DNA of 64,000 nt. It comes from Candidatus Hermodarchaeota archaeon (GTDB lineage: Archaea; Asgardarchaeota; Lokiarchaeia; Sigyniarchaeales; SOKP01). Each line of letters starts with the position of its first letter. Position 1 is the stretch's first letter. The notes below the pieces were generated by a model. The model was not told the origin of the DNA, did no database searches, and worked only from the letters and a program-made list of their open reading frames with translations. This document shows, piece by piece, positions 10,048-20,035 of the stretch. The DNA lies in contig JBHLLG010000001.1 of the NCBI GenBank assembly GCA_048885925.1, positions 195,105-259,104 on the forward strand. The letters run 5' to 3'. A program made the translations under genes and the position numbers.

Positions 10048-13000
10048 ATGAGAAAAAAGCAAATATCTTCTTTATTATTACTCATGATCTTGACACTTTC
10101 AATTTATAGTTCTATTCTTTATAACATAAAACCATATTCTTTTTCCCAAAATGTAATTGAAGAGGAAGAAAATGTATTTGAAGTTAATTCATCCAGTCTC
10201 TATAACAAAAATATTATTGTCTTTTTGAAAAAACCATTATTCAATAGTACAGTTAGGAATCGTTTTGAATATTATGGAGGAATTATAAAAACAGAGTGGA
10301 ATAATCAATTCAACTCAATTTCAGGATTTGCAGGTATTATGCCTCTCGAAAACAACAAAACTGCTTTTCAAAATGAGTTTCGAGATGTCATTATAGAAAA
10401 TGATGAGATAATAGAGGCTCAAATGAATTATGCTTCGATTCAATCGGGTGCATTTAATTCAACAGGATATCTAATGGATTCAAAAGGAAATACTAATTCT
10501 TCTATAGCCGTTTTTGATACTGGGATTAATCCTAATCATGATTATTTTCCAAAAGGTTATGACCCCATAGATTTAAATGGTAATATTGTAGGATGGGAGA
10601 ATTTTGTTGATGCACAAGGTATCTCTGATGATAATGGTCATGGTACTTATATATCATCTATTATTGCTGGAACAGGAATAGACACATATGATTCCAATTC
10701 CCCTTCTATAATTAAAGTTCATGGTAACTATTCTCATATAGAATTATTTGATGACTCTTTTGCGTCAAATAATTTTAGCTTAAAAATTTTCTCTTTCAAT
10801 GCTTCTAAAGCAGATTCAAACATTTTAATTAATTCATCATGGAATTATGAAGTGGAGGGGATAGATAAATTTTGGTTTGAGTTATATTATAATAATAGTT
10901 TAGTCAACTCCTCATATAATGAAATTCCCAATAATGATTATGTTATAAATTATACAATTACTCCAGAAACTTTAGGAATTTATGATTTATTTATAAAATA
11001 CCATAAAATCTTTTCGGCTTATCCAATTTTTTCTTTTAACTCTCAAATCTCTTTTGTTCCCGAGGTTTATATTGAAAATAGAAATCATTTTACGGGTATT
11101 GCGAATGGGACTAAAATAGTCGCTTATAAGATTTTAAATCAATCAGGAATCGGATATTGTTCCGATTTAATATCAGCTTTCGCAAGTGTTATACAAAATA
11201 GAAATACATCTCATATTATTAGTATTTGTTTAAGTGTTGCCACATTAGGAGAAGATGTAAAAGCAGCAAATGAAGTTATTAATGAAGCGATTGAGAATGG
11301 AATATTAGTTGTAATTGCTGCTGGAAATACAGGTATAGACATTTCAAATTCATTTAATAAGTTAGCCCAAAATAAAAATGCAATAGTAGTGGGCGCAACA
11401 AATGATATGGATCAGGTTACTTCATATAGTAGTATTGGTAAAGAATTTAAGAACGTCACCAAGCCAGATATAGTTGCTCCCGGAGGAAGTAAAGTGCCAG
11501 AGCATCGTTCAATTATATCAGCAGATATCGAATATGATAAGGCTACCGCGTCTTATGGAACTTCAATTGCTACTGCGATTGTATCTGCTGCTATTAATAT
11601 TTTAATTGAAGCAAAATGGGACAATTGGAATGAATGGAACACTTTAAATTTAACAGAATGGGTAAAATATATCAAATCATTTTTATTAATGACTGCTTCA
11701 GAAACCAATCTTGAAAGAGAAGATGATCCCGCTACTGAAATAAATGAGAGTGAATACTCACCATCAATATCTAATGCACCTATAACAGATGGGCTGAAAG
11801 ATATACATGAAGGATATGGGAGATTAAATATTCAATCTGCTATTGATGCCTTAACTAAAAATGTACAAGTTAATACTGTTGTAAATGGAAGTTTAACAAG
11901 TTCTCAAGAAAATCCTGCTGGTCCTCATGTATTTGCCCGTCAGATTAAGCTTACTAAGGATATTCAATATATTTTTAATTTATCAATTGCAGATTCAAGT
12001 GCTAATTTCGATATGTATTTATTTTCAAATAAATCAAATAACTATGGTGAACCAATTCTTCTAGAATCCTCAAGAAAAGGGTACGGAGACTTTAATTATT
12101 TCTATTTTACCCCCAAGTTCAATGAAACTAATTGTGTAATCACAATAAAAGCACTTGAGGGAATAAGCGACTTCTCTTTGAATATTTCGACCATTGCAAA
12201 TTATTTCAAACCAGAATTAAAAATTCCCGAAATCAGTTATATTGGGGGTTCTAAAAATGCAACAATTATAAGTTTTCAAGAATTTATGGGGTATGAACCA
12301 CTAAAAAATTATAGTATTGATAGTTATAGGTTTTATATTGAATACTATGATAATGATACTTCAAACGTTCCTCCCCAAGAAGTATACGTTTCTATTTTAG
12401 AAATGTCGAAAAATTTCACTTTAACTCAATTTTTTGCCCCAGATAATAATTATACTGACGGTGCTTTATTCATTAGTGATTATGTTCAATTTTCTGGACC
12501 TGGTATATTTAACTACTTCTTTTTTGCTAGTGATGGGAATTTTAAAACAATATATCCTGAAACAACTTATTTCAATATTACAATTGAGTTCCCAACAGAA
12601 AGTATAGAATTCCCATATAATCATAATTTTAACGATGGGTTTGGGAATTGGACTTATACTGGAACAGGATGGGGATTATTATCTCAAAATAATATAAATG
12701 ATAATAGATCGAGGATTTATCAAAATTCATGGAATGCTCTATTTTTTGGTACTTATCATGATTATCCAAGTAATTATACGTATCAACCCATCAGATTAAC
12801 CGAAGATCCATTTCCAAATGGTTCATTAATTAGTCCATTATTTAATTTATTAAATCTTAATGCAAGTACAACCGATCCATATGTAAAAATTGGATTTAGA
12901 GTAAGTATCAACGCAGGAGACTTTATTTATTTGCAAGTTAATCTAAATTGGACTGGTTGGATCACTCTAAGAACATATACAAATATAGAACAAGAATGGT

Positions 13001-14892
13001 TTATGGAAATAATCAATTTAACTCAGTATATTGGATATTTTATCCAATTTAGATTTTTAACGTCTCTAGATGAAGATTATGATTCTGTGAGTTATAAAGG
13101 ATTTATTTTGGATTATTTTGCAATCGAAAATTATACTAATGAAAATTCACCATCAATTATATTTGATTTAAATAGAAATATTCCATATACTCAAGGTTCA
13201 GTTTATGAGAAATATACATTTTCATGTGAATATTTTGATTTAGATAATAATTATCCAGAATTTGTTTATTTAGAAATTGATAATAATAATTACACTATGT
13301 ATAATCTCTATGGTGACTGGAATGCTAGTGATTATAATATAGGGAAAAAAGGTATATATTTCCTTAGATCTCTGATACTAGAAGAAATTTCCAATCAATC
13401 ATTCAGATTTCATATTTCAGATGGAAAGTATTTAGTTACAACAGAATTTTATAATCTAAATAATACCCTCTTTAAATTTATTAATCCTATTCCTTTAGAA
13501 TTTAATGTTTATAAAGATAATAAGCATATTGGATATTGTTTTTCAAATACAAATTTATCAGATTATTATATAACAGGAATTCCATCACAAAAAGAAATAA
13601 CAGCTTGGTTTGGGGGAGATAATACTTGGCATCCAATAATTCGGCTTAATAGTCCTCTTATTTATGGAGGTAGAGGGCAAAGTTTTGGAGGTTTTGAACA
13701 AGGATATGGCCCTAATTGGGATGCAAATCTAATTACTCGATTACTACATTTGCGAGGTGAATATAAGATATATTTTGAATTTGATTATGAAATTTCTCTT
13801 CAGAATGAATTTTTTGAACCTGAAGATCAACTTGATAGATGTGTTATTTCAATATCAATAGATTTTGGTGAAACCTGGGAAATTCTTGAGGAATTTACAT
13901 ATGAGAGTGAAGAGCTTTCTGGAAGTAAGAAATATGATATTTCTCAATATTCCAATGAAGATATAATGATAATGTTCACATTAAATACAAATGATAATAT
14001 AGCTGGATTAGGATATGGGTGGCTGTTATCTAATATTTATATTGGTTATGATAGATCTACAGATTTCATCCATCCAGAAATTGAAATAATTAGTCCAGAG
14101 CCTGACACAAGAATAAAATCAACAACAATAATAAGGGCCCTTATCACCGACAATATTGAACTTGATGAATCAAGAATTTATATATATCTTAATAATAAGA
14201 GTGTTGATATAAATAAGCTTACATTTACTAGTGATACCGGAATTTTAGAATTTATCTGGGACAGTACTCAAAATGCTGATGGTAAATATGAAATCAAAGT
14301 AGTAGCCTATGATAAAACGGGAAATAAAGCAGAGTCTTCAATATTAGTAACAGTAGATAATATGAGATGGTGGCAAACATGGGGACCTTATATTATATTA
14401 ATTACAATTATAGTGGCCGTAGGATCAATATTATTCATTATTTCTGAAAAAAAAGGGAAAATATGGATCCAAAATATTAAAAACATCAGGGCTGAAAAAG
14501 TTAGGCTTAGAGATATTGATAAGGATCAAGTTATAAAACGAATAGAATTAATTGAAAAAGAAGAAGAATTATCACGACCTTTAACCTTGTACTGTAAATC
14601 TTGTAGATCATGGTTTTTCTCTGATCATTTTGATATAATCTGTCCTGTCTGTGAACATGATCAAATTTACGCAGCTTATTATTGTGAAAATTGTAAAAAC
14701 TTTTACTTTTTTGATGAACCAAGCCAAGATTACTACTGTAAAAATAAATCTTGTGAAGGAGTGAGATTAATTAGGAGAGAAAAAGAAGAAGTTCAAGAAT
14801 TTTTAGCTGCAGAAGGAAAAATTGTAAGGAAATTTGAAAGTAAGAGTAAAAAATTTAGTATTTTAGATGAATATAAGAATTTTGAAAGGTGA
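10048..14892 (+). CDS. membrane-anchored S8 subtilase with propeptide, beta-sandwich ectodomains, C-terminal TM and cytoplasmic zinc ribbons
   Basis: Asp 'IAVFDTGIN', His 'DDNGHGTYIS', oxyanion Asn 'AAGN', 'KPDIVAPG', Ser 'GTSIAT'; signal peptide; TM 'GPYIILITIIVAVGSILFII'; tail CKSC/CPVC/CENC/CKNKSC; GGAGG Shine-Dalgarno upstream. Confidence 0.88.
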   Translation: MRKKQISSLLLLMILTLSIYSSILYNIKPYSFSQNVIEEEENVFEVNSSSLYNKNIIVFLKKPLFNSTVRNRFEYYGGIIKTEWNNQFNSISGFAGIMPLENNKTAFQNEFRDVIIENDEIIEAQMNYASIQSGAFNSTGYLMDSKGNTNSSIAVFDTGINPNHDYFPKGYDPIDLNGNIVGWENFVDAQGISDDNGHGTYISSIIAGTGIDTYDSNSPSIIKVHGNYSHIELFDDSFASNNFSLKIFSFNASKADSNILINSSWNYEVEGIDKFWFELYYNNSLVNSSYNEIPNNDYVINYTITPETLGIYDLFIKYHKIFSAYPIFSFNSQISFVPEVYIENRNHFTGIANGTKIVAYKILNQSGIGYCSDLISAFASVIQNRNTSHIISICLSVATLGEDVKAANEVINEAIENGILVVIAAGNTGIDISNSFNKLAQNKNAIVVGATNDMDQVTSYSSIGKEFKNVTKPDIVAPGGSKVPEHRSIISADIEYDKATASYGTSIATAIVSAAINILIEAKWDNWNEWNTLNLTEWVKYIKSFLLMTASETNLEREDDPATEINESEYSPSISNAPITDGLKDIHEGYGRLNIQSAIDALTKNVQVNTVVNGSLTSSQENPAGPHVFARQIKLTKDIQYIFNLSIADSSANFDMYLFSNKSNNYGEPILLESSRKGYGDFNYFYFTPKFNETNCVITIKALEGISDFSLNISTIANYFKPELKIPEISYIGGSKNATIISFQEFMGYEPLKNYSIDSYRFYIEYYDNDTSNVPPQEVYVSILEMSKNFTLTQFFAPDNNYTDGALFISDYVQFSGPGIFNYFFFASDGNFKTIYPETTYFNITIEFPTESIEFPYNHNFNDGFGNWTYTGTGWGLLSQNNINDNRSRIYQNSWNALFFGTYHDYPSNYTYQPIRLTEDPFPNGSLISPLFNLLNLNASTTDPYVKIGFRVSINAGDFIYLQVNLNWTGWITLRTYTNIEQEWFMEIINLTQYIGYFIQFRFLTSLDEDYDSVSYKGFILDYFAIENYTNENSPSIIFDLNRNIPYTQGSVYEKYTFSCEYFDLDNNYPEFVYLEIDNNNYTMYNLYGDWNASDYNIGKKGIYFLRSLILEEISNQSFRFHISDGKYLVTTEFYNLNNTLFKFINPIPLEFNVYKDNKHIGYCFSNTNLSDYYITGIPSQKEITAWFGGDNTWHPIIRLNSPLIYGGRGQSFGGFEQGYGPNWDANLITRLLHLRGEYKIYFEFDYEISLQNEFFEPEDQLDRCVISISIDFGETWEILEEFTYESEELSGSKKYDISQYSNEDIMIMFTLNTNDNIAGLGYGWLLSNIYIGYDRSTDFIHPEIEIISPEPDTRIKSTTIIRALITDNIELDESRIYIYLNNKSVDINKLTFTSDTGILEFIWDSTQNADGKYEIKVVAYDKTGNKAESSILVTVDNMRWWQTWGPYIILITIIVAVGSILFIISEKKGKIWIQNIKNIRAEKVRLRDIDKDQVIKRIELIEKEEELSRPLTLYCKSCRSWFFSDHFDIICPVCEHDQIYAAYYCENCKNFYFFDEPSQDYYCKNKSCEGVRLIRREKEEVQEFLAAEGKIVRKFESKSKKFSILDEYKNFER

Positions 14893-14904
14893 GATCAAAA
14901 AAAT

Positions 14905-17880
14905 ATGGAATTAAGAAATTTTGTATATAAAATAAAAAAACATATAAATCTCCAATTTTTCAAACATTCTTGGCTTGATCTCAAACGTGATAAGGCAAAG
15001 GCAATTTTTGGAATCTCCGGTATAGCTATTTCATTATTCCTTCTGACGACAATTGGAATGCTAAATGACACAGTAAATTATAATTACTTATTATATGTTA
15101 CCTCAACTACGGGAGAGTCAGATATAATGATTACTAGAACTATTCAAACAGATTTGACTTTTGACCCTTTCTTTGATGAAAGTATAATTAATAATGAGTT
15201 GAAGGAAATTGACGGTGTTGATACTCTATTTCCGCGTATTATGATGTTAGTGGAAGTATCTTCTGAAAAAACAAATGAAAGTGGTTCATTGCAGCTCTAT
15301 GGTCTTGATTTCACAAAGGAAGCTACAAGCGGAAAAATTGGAGATTTAATAATTGTGGATAATGAGGGAAAAGAAACAAATGAAATCTATAAAGATGAAC
15401 CAGATGAGGATGAATGTGTTTTATTATGGAATGTAGCGGATATTCTTAATGTTACAAGAGGAGATATAATACATTTAGAATATCAAACTTATGAATTAAA
15501 CTTAACAGTTGCTGAAATTTGTATTCAAGATCTTAAATTTATGCAATTTGAAACAACTTTGATTCTTGTTAATTTGGAACAAGCTCAGGACTTTTTAAAA
15601 AGAGCAAATCAAATAAATTTTGTTGTAGGAACTATCAATAATCCTAAATCCGTCTATGATGCAAGTGATTTAACAAGAACAACTCGGAGACTTAGAATAA
15701 TTGGGTCTAGAATACAAGAAAAATTAGATCTTAATGAATTTAGTGTAAATTTACCAAAATTGGAAGAACTTGAAGCGGGTCAATTTATGTTAATGACAGT
15801 TACAATTGTATTCTGGTTTATTATAATTCTCTCGACACTTATAACAGCAATTCTAATAAATAGCATTCTTTCTACCTCTACTGAGGAACGACAAAGAGAA
15901 TTTGGAATTGTTCGGGTTGTTGGGAGTAAGAAAATATATCCTATGAAAATGGTTCTTTTTGAAGGATTGATGCTTGGATTATTTGGGTCAAGTATTGGAA
16001 TGATTCTAGGGGCTACCTTAACTAGACCGATTGCTCGTACTATTTTTCCACTTTATGGATTTCGATTCAAATTTTCTGAAGTAGAATGGGTGATTCAACC
16101 CCAAACTCTTCTGATAACATTTGCGATAGGAACTTTAGTATCCTTAGCAATTTCTCTATTGCCTGCTCTTAGAACCGCAAAAATTAACATTATTAAATCA
16201 ATTACACCTTTTCAAACCAAAGAGGAAGGGTGGGAAGTTAAAAAAGAAGGAAGTATGAATGTAAAAAGCTTTTTAGTTGGTATTGCTGTTGCTACTATTG
16301 GTATGATAGTTTTCGTTTTATTACCGAATATTTTTGTTACTGGTAATTTGATGATGATATCAGGTTTATTTATTGGTTTACTTGCTGCTATTGTAATTGG
16401 ATTAGTTTTTGCATCAGTTGGATTAATTCCATTAATTCAGAAAATCTTTTTAGGAGTAATTTCTCCAGCAATAAGGAAATACTCAAAAATTATAGGGATC
16501 TCCCTAAAGAGATATAGAAGGCGAAATACTAGTACGGTGGTTATGTTTGCTATAAGCTTTTCGTTCATTTTTTTCATTACGAGTGTTACTGAAATGGAAT
16601 CCGAAAATACTGCCTTAAATCTGAAATTCCAATATGGTTCGGATTTAGTTTTAATGAATCAAGAATTATTTAGTCCAGAAACAGCTCTTACACTTGAAAT
16701 GGTCGAAGAATTAAAAAACCTACCTGGAGTGGATAAACTTGCCATTTCCCTCCATAATACTTTTGACTTTCAAGCTACTTTAGCGGCGATTTTTGAAGTA
16801 AGTGAAGGTCAAGTTGGTTTTTCAGGAGGTTCTTCGGAAGAATCAATGTTGAATTTGTTTCAATTTTACTCTGCTCAAGAGGAAGCAAAAATAAAAACCA
16901 CAGTAGGGGATATTATGGATTTTGATGTTGTAGATGCGGGTTTTATAGGTATTAATGAAGATTTTGTGAATTTGATAGATAAAGATTTATTAATATGGAA
17001 AAGTGATGGTAGTAATACAGAATATTCCTTTAGAGAATTATTCAACTATAATAATACATGCATAATAGCAAAATCTATCGCGAGTTTAATTGGCGTAAAA
17101 GAGGTAGGGGAATATGTTAGAATTACATTTTATGATCCTCAAATTGAAAATCATACAGGTACTGTTACATTATTTAGAGTTGTAGGAATTTCGGGTGGAA
17201 TTCCAGGATTTTATAATTTTCGAAGTAATGAAATGTCAGCATATGGAGGAGGATTGATGGTTTCATTAGAGAATTACATGCGTTTAATGAATGTTAGTAA
17301 TCCAGGAGAAGATAATATGATTGTAGATAAAGTATTTATAAATTTAATAGAAAAAAGTGAGGAAAATATAGAAGAAACTAAAGAAGAAATTCGTATAATG
17401 TATCAAGAAAAGGATATAATTATCGATGATGCTATTTCTAAAATTAATTTTTATGAGGCTACTACAGAACGACAAAGCTTCATAATGGAATTAATATTAA
17501 CTTTCACTATTATTATAAGCATTTTTGGGTTAGTTAGTAGTATGTATGCTGTTATTTTAGAGAGAAAATTCGAAATCGGTATTCTTAGGTCCATGGGAAT
17601 GAAAGCCAGAAATGTAAGAAATATGTTCTTATTAGAGAGCATGATTATTTTGCTTTCCTCAGGAATTATGGGCACAATTATAGGCACCTATACAGCATAT
17701 TTGCTTGAAACAAATATGGGGCTTATGACAGAGATGCCAATAATCTTTACCATTCCTACAGATGTTTTACTAAGAGTATTTATATTGTCAATTTCATTCG
17801 CTTTTCTCGGAACTTATGTCATTTTGATTAAATATTTCTATAAGAAATCTATAATGGATATCTTCCGCCAAACTTTTTAA
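14905..17880 (+). CDS. FtsX/MacB-like ABC permease with two FtsX repeats (permease 2, paralogue of 3035-6046)
   Basis: 'EERQREFGIVRVVGS' and 'LERKFEIGILRSMGM'; shares 'RRN.ST...FA.SFSF..F..S' and 'YGSDLV' with permease 1. Confidence 0.9.
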   Translation: MELRNFVYKIKKHINLQFFKHSWLDLKRDKAKAIFGISGIAISLFLLTTIGMLNDTVNYNYLLYVTSTTGESDIMITRTIQTDLTFDPFFDESIINNELKEIDGVDTLFPRIMMLVEVSSEKTNESGSLQLYGLDFTKEATSGKIGDLIIVDNEGKETNEIYKDEPDEDECVLLWNVADILNVTRGDIIHLEYQTYELNLTVAEICIQDLKFMQFETTLILVNLEQAQDFLKRANQINFVVGTINNPKSVYDASDLTRTTRRLRIIGSRIQEKLDLNEFSVNLPKLEELEAGQFMLMTVTIVFWFIIILSTLITAILINSILSTSTEERQREFGIVRVVGSKKIYPMKMVLFEGLMLGLFGSSIGMILGATLTRPIARTIFPLYGFRFKFSEVEWVIQPQTLLITFAIGTLVSLAISLLPALRTAKINIIKSITPFQTKEEGWEVKKEGSMNVKSFLVGIAVATIGMIVFVLLPNIFVTGNLMMISGLFIGLLAAIVIGLVFASVGLIPLIQKIFLGVISPAIRKYSKIIGISLKRYRRRNTSTVVMFAISFSFIFFITSVTEMESENTALNLKFQYGSDLVLMNQELFSPETALTLEMVEELKNLPGVDKLAISLHNTFDFQATLAAIFEVSEGQVGFSGGSSEESMLNLFQFYSAQEEAKIKTTVGDIMDFDVVDAGFIGINEDFVNLIDKDLLIWKSDGSNTEYSFRELFNYNNTCIIAKSIASLIGVKEVGEYVRITFYDPQIENHTGTVTLFRVVGISGGIPGFYNFRSNEMSAYGGGLMVSLENYMRLMNVSNPGEDNMIVDKVFINLIEKSEENIEETKEEIRIMYQEKDIIIDDAISKINFYEATTERQSFIMELILTFTIIISIFGLVSSMYAVILERKFEIGILRSMGMKARNVRNMFLLESMIILLSSGIMGTIIGTYTAYLLETNMGLMTEMPIIFTIPTDVLLRVFILSISFAFLGTYVILIKYFYKKSIMDIFRQTF

Positions 17881-17901
17881 TGAACAAAATTATATTATTT
17901 T

Positions 17902-18486
17902 TCAATTTTTTTTAAGAAAGTCTATGAATTTTTTTAATGCTTGGCCTCTATGAGAAACTTTATTCTTTTCCTGTATTGATAATTCGGCAAATGTTTTATG
18001 TGGTATTGAATCTGGTATAAAAATTGGATCAAAACCAAATCCTTTTTCTCCTTTAAGTTTTCTTGATACTTTTCCCTTCACGACACCTTCAAAAAAATAT
18101 ATTTCTTCAAAAGGTTTAAAGAATAAAGCGATCATAGCTATAAAATGAGCTTTTGAATTAGTGAAATTATCAATTAATTTAATAATACCTTCATTTCCGA
18201 TAGTTTTTAATACATATGAGGAATAAACTCCCGGAAAGCCATTAAGAGGGATATCTACAAAAAAACCAGCATCTTCTACGAAGTAAGAGCCATTTATTTT
18301 ATCTTTTACGCTTTTTAATTTATATAAAACGATATCTTTGATAGAATCTGCTTGAATTTCGATAGGTTTAAGATCTGCCTGTTTCAGAACATATCCCACC
18401 TCTTGCCTTGTAAAAATGTCCAAAACTTCATTATATTTATGATTATTTCCTGTTACAAAGTAGATTGCATTTTCTTCGTTGTTCAT
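17902..18486 (-). CDS. rdgB: non-canonical purine NTP pyrophosphatase (RdgB/HAM1)
   Basis: 'FVTGNNHK', 'EDAG', 'GFPGVYS', 'GFGFDPIF', 'EKNKVSHRGQA'. Confidence 0.95.
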   Translation of the reverse strand: MNNEENAIYFVTGNNHKYNEVLDIFTRQEVGYVLKQADLKPIEIQADSIKDIVLYKLKSVKDKINGSYFVEDAGFFVDIPLNGFPGVYSSYVLKTIGNEGIIKLIDNFTNSKAHFIAMIALFFKPFEEIYFFEGVVKGKVSRKLKGEKGFGFDPIFIPDSIPHKTFAELSIQEKNKVSHRGQALKKFIDFLKKN

Positions 18487-18648
18487 AATTAATATAATTA
18501 TAAATTATTAATAATCAAAACTAATTGATCTAACACATATAGCTACAAAATTCCAAAATTTTATTTTGTATATTTCTTTAATTAATTTATCATAAAATAT
18601 TGATATTCTATTTAAGATTCTATAAACCATAGGAGAATTACATAAGTA

Positions 18649-19107
18649 ATGGCTCGGATGCATAGCAGAAAAAAGGGACATAGTGGCTCAACCAGACCTG
18701 CTAGATTGGAAAAACCAGTATGGGTGGAGTTAAGTCCGGAAGAAGTTGAAGGAGAAGTAGTCAAATTAGCAAGAAAGGGATACTCCAACTCGATGATTGG
18801 TACTATTATGAGAGATTCTCGAGGAGTACCACTAATTAAAGTGGTAACAGGTAAAAAGGTAAGTAAAATTCTTGAAGATAATGAAATTGAAACAGCTTTA
18901 CCAGAAGACCTTGCAAACTTAGTACGAAAGGCTTTAAATATTAGAAAACACCTTGAGGAAAATCATAAAGACTTGGAGTCCAAGAAGGGGCTTAATCGCT
19001 GTGAGTCCAAAGTTTACAGGTTGATAAAATATTACAAGAAGAAGAAAGTATTACCTGTAGATTTCAAATATGATCCAGAAAAAATTAGAACATTGGTAGC
19101 AAGATAG
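18649..19107 (+). CDS. rps15: 30S ribosomal protein S15 (uS15; archaeal S15P/eukaryotic S13e)
   Basis: 'MARMHSRKKGHSGSTRP', 'LPEDL', 'ESKVYRLIKYYK'. Confidence 0.97.
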   Translation: MARMHSRKKGHSGSTRPARLEKPVWVELSPEEVEGEVVKLARKGYSNSMIGTIMRDSRGVPLIKVVTGKKVSKILEDNEIETALPEDLANLVRKALNIRKHLEENHKDLESKKGLNRCESKVYRLIKYYKKKKVLPVDFKYDPEKIRTLVAR

Positions 19108-19118
19108 AGGGAAAAAAA

Positions 19119-19910
19119 GTGAGTGCTAAGGGGAAAAAGAAAAAAGCAAAAGCAAAAAAAGTCTCGTTTAAATCTAAAAATTGGTATCAAATCATAAGCC
19201 CTAAGAATTTTAATTTCAAACCAATTGGAGAAGTTATAGGGACTGAAAACACCCTACTTGGAAGAACCGTAGAAGCTCTACTATTTGATTTTACACAAAA
19301 ATATTCTGATATTAATTTGAAACTAACTTTTCAAATAAAAGATGTTAATGAGGAACCACAAAAATGTAATACTATTTTTCAAGGTCATAGTTATACAAGT
19401 GATTTTGTAAGGTCATTAATTGGTAGAGGAAGTACCAAAATACAAACAATTATCAATTTGACTACTAAAGATAATTATGGATTTCGTTTAACGATGATTT
19501 GTACGACTATTAGAAGAGCTCGAAGTAGTCAGCAAATTCTAATCCGAAAAATAATGAATGAAATTTTATTAGAATTTGCTAAAAGTTTGAATCATGAGAA
19601 ATTCATCGCAGGGATAATCTATGGAGAATTTCAAAATCAAGTCCAAAGAGTTGCTAAAACAATTTATCCCTTATCTAGTGCTGTAATAATTAAGAGTAAA
19701 CTAACATCTATACCTGAAGGTGGCGAAGATAAAGTAGTACCTGATGATCAATTCGAAATTGTTGAAGTAGAAGTAAAAAGATCAAGAAAATCAGAAATTA
19801 AAAGATCTGAAAGAATTAATGTTAAAAAACTTACCCAATCTAAAACGAGTCCTTCCGTTTCTGCTGAAGAAGATATTTCTTCTGAAGAGGAAGAAGAAGG
19901 GGCAGATTGA
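19119..19910 (+). CDS. rps3ae: 30S ribosomal protein S3Ae (eS1)
   Basis: 'KNWYQIISP', 'LLGRTVE', 'DFVRSLIGRGSTKI', 'KTIYPL'; GTG start; acidic C-terminal tail. Confidence 0.93.
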   Translation: MSAKGKKKKAKAKKVSFKSKNWYQIISPKNFNFKPIGEVIGTENTLLGRTVEALLFDFTQKYSDINLKLTFQIKDVNEEPQKCNTIFQGHSYTSDFVRSLIGRGSTKIQTIINLTTKDNYGFRLTMICTTIRRARSSQQILIRKIMNEILLEFAKSLNHEKFIAGIIYGEFQNQVQRVAKTIYPLSSAVIIKSKLTSIPEGGEDKVVPDDQFEIVEVEVKRSRKSEIKRSERINVKKLTQSKTSPSVSAEEDISSEEEEEGAD

Positions 19911-20035
19911 AAAAATCTTAGACTAAATTACACTTTAAATTTTTGACATCTATTAAGTTTATTTTTTATTCATAGAGTTATTTTTAATAATTTGTGTGAA
20001 TTTTTTTATTTAAACAACTGATAAAGTTAATATTT

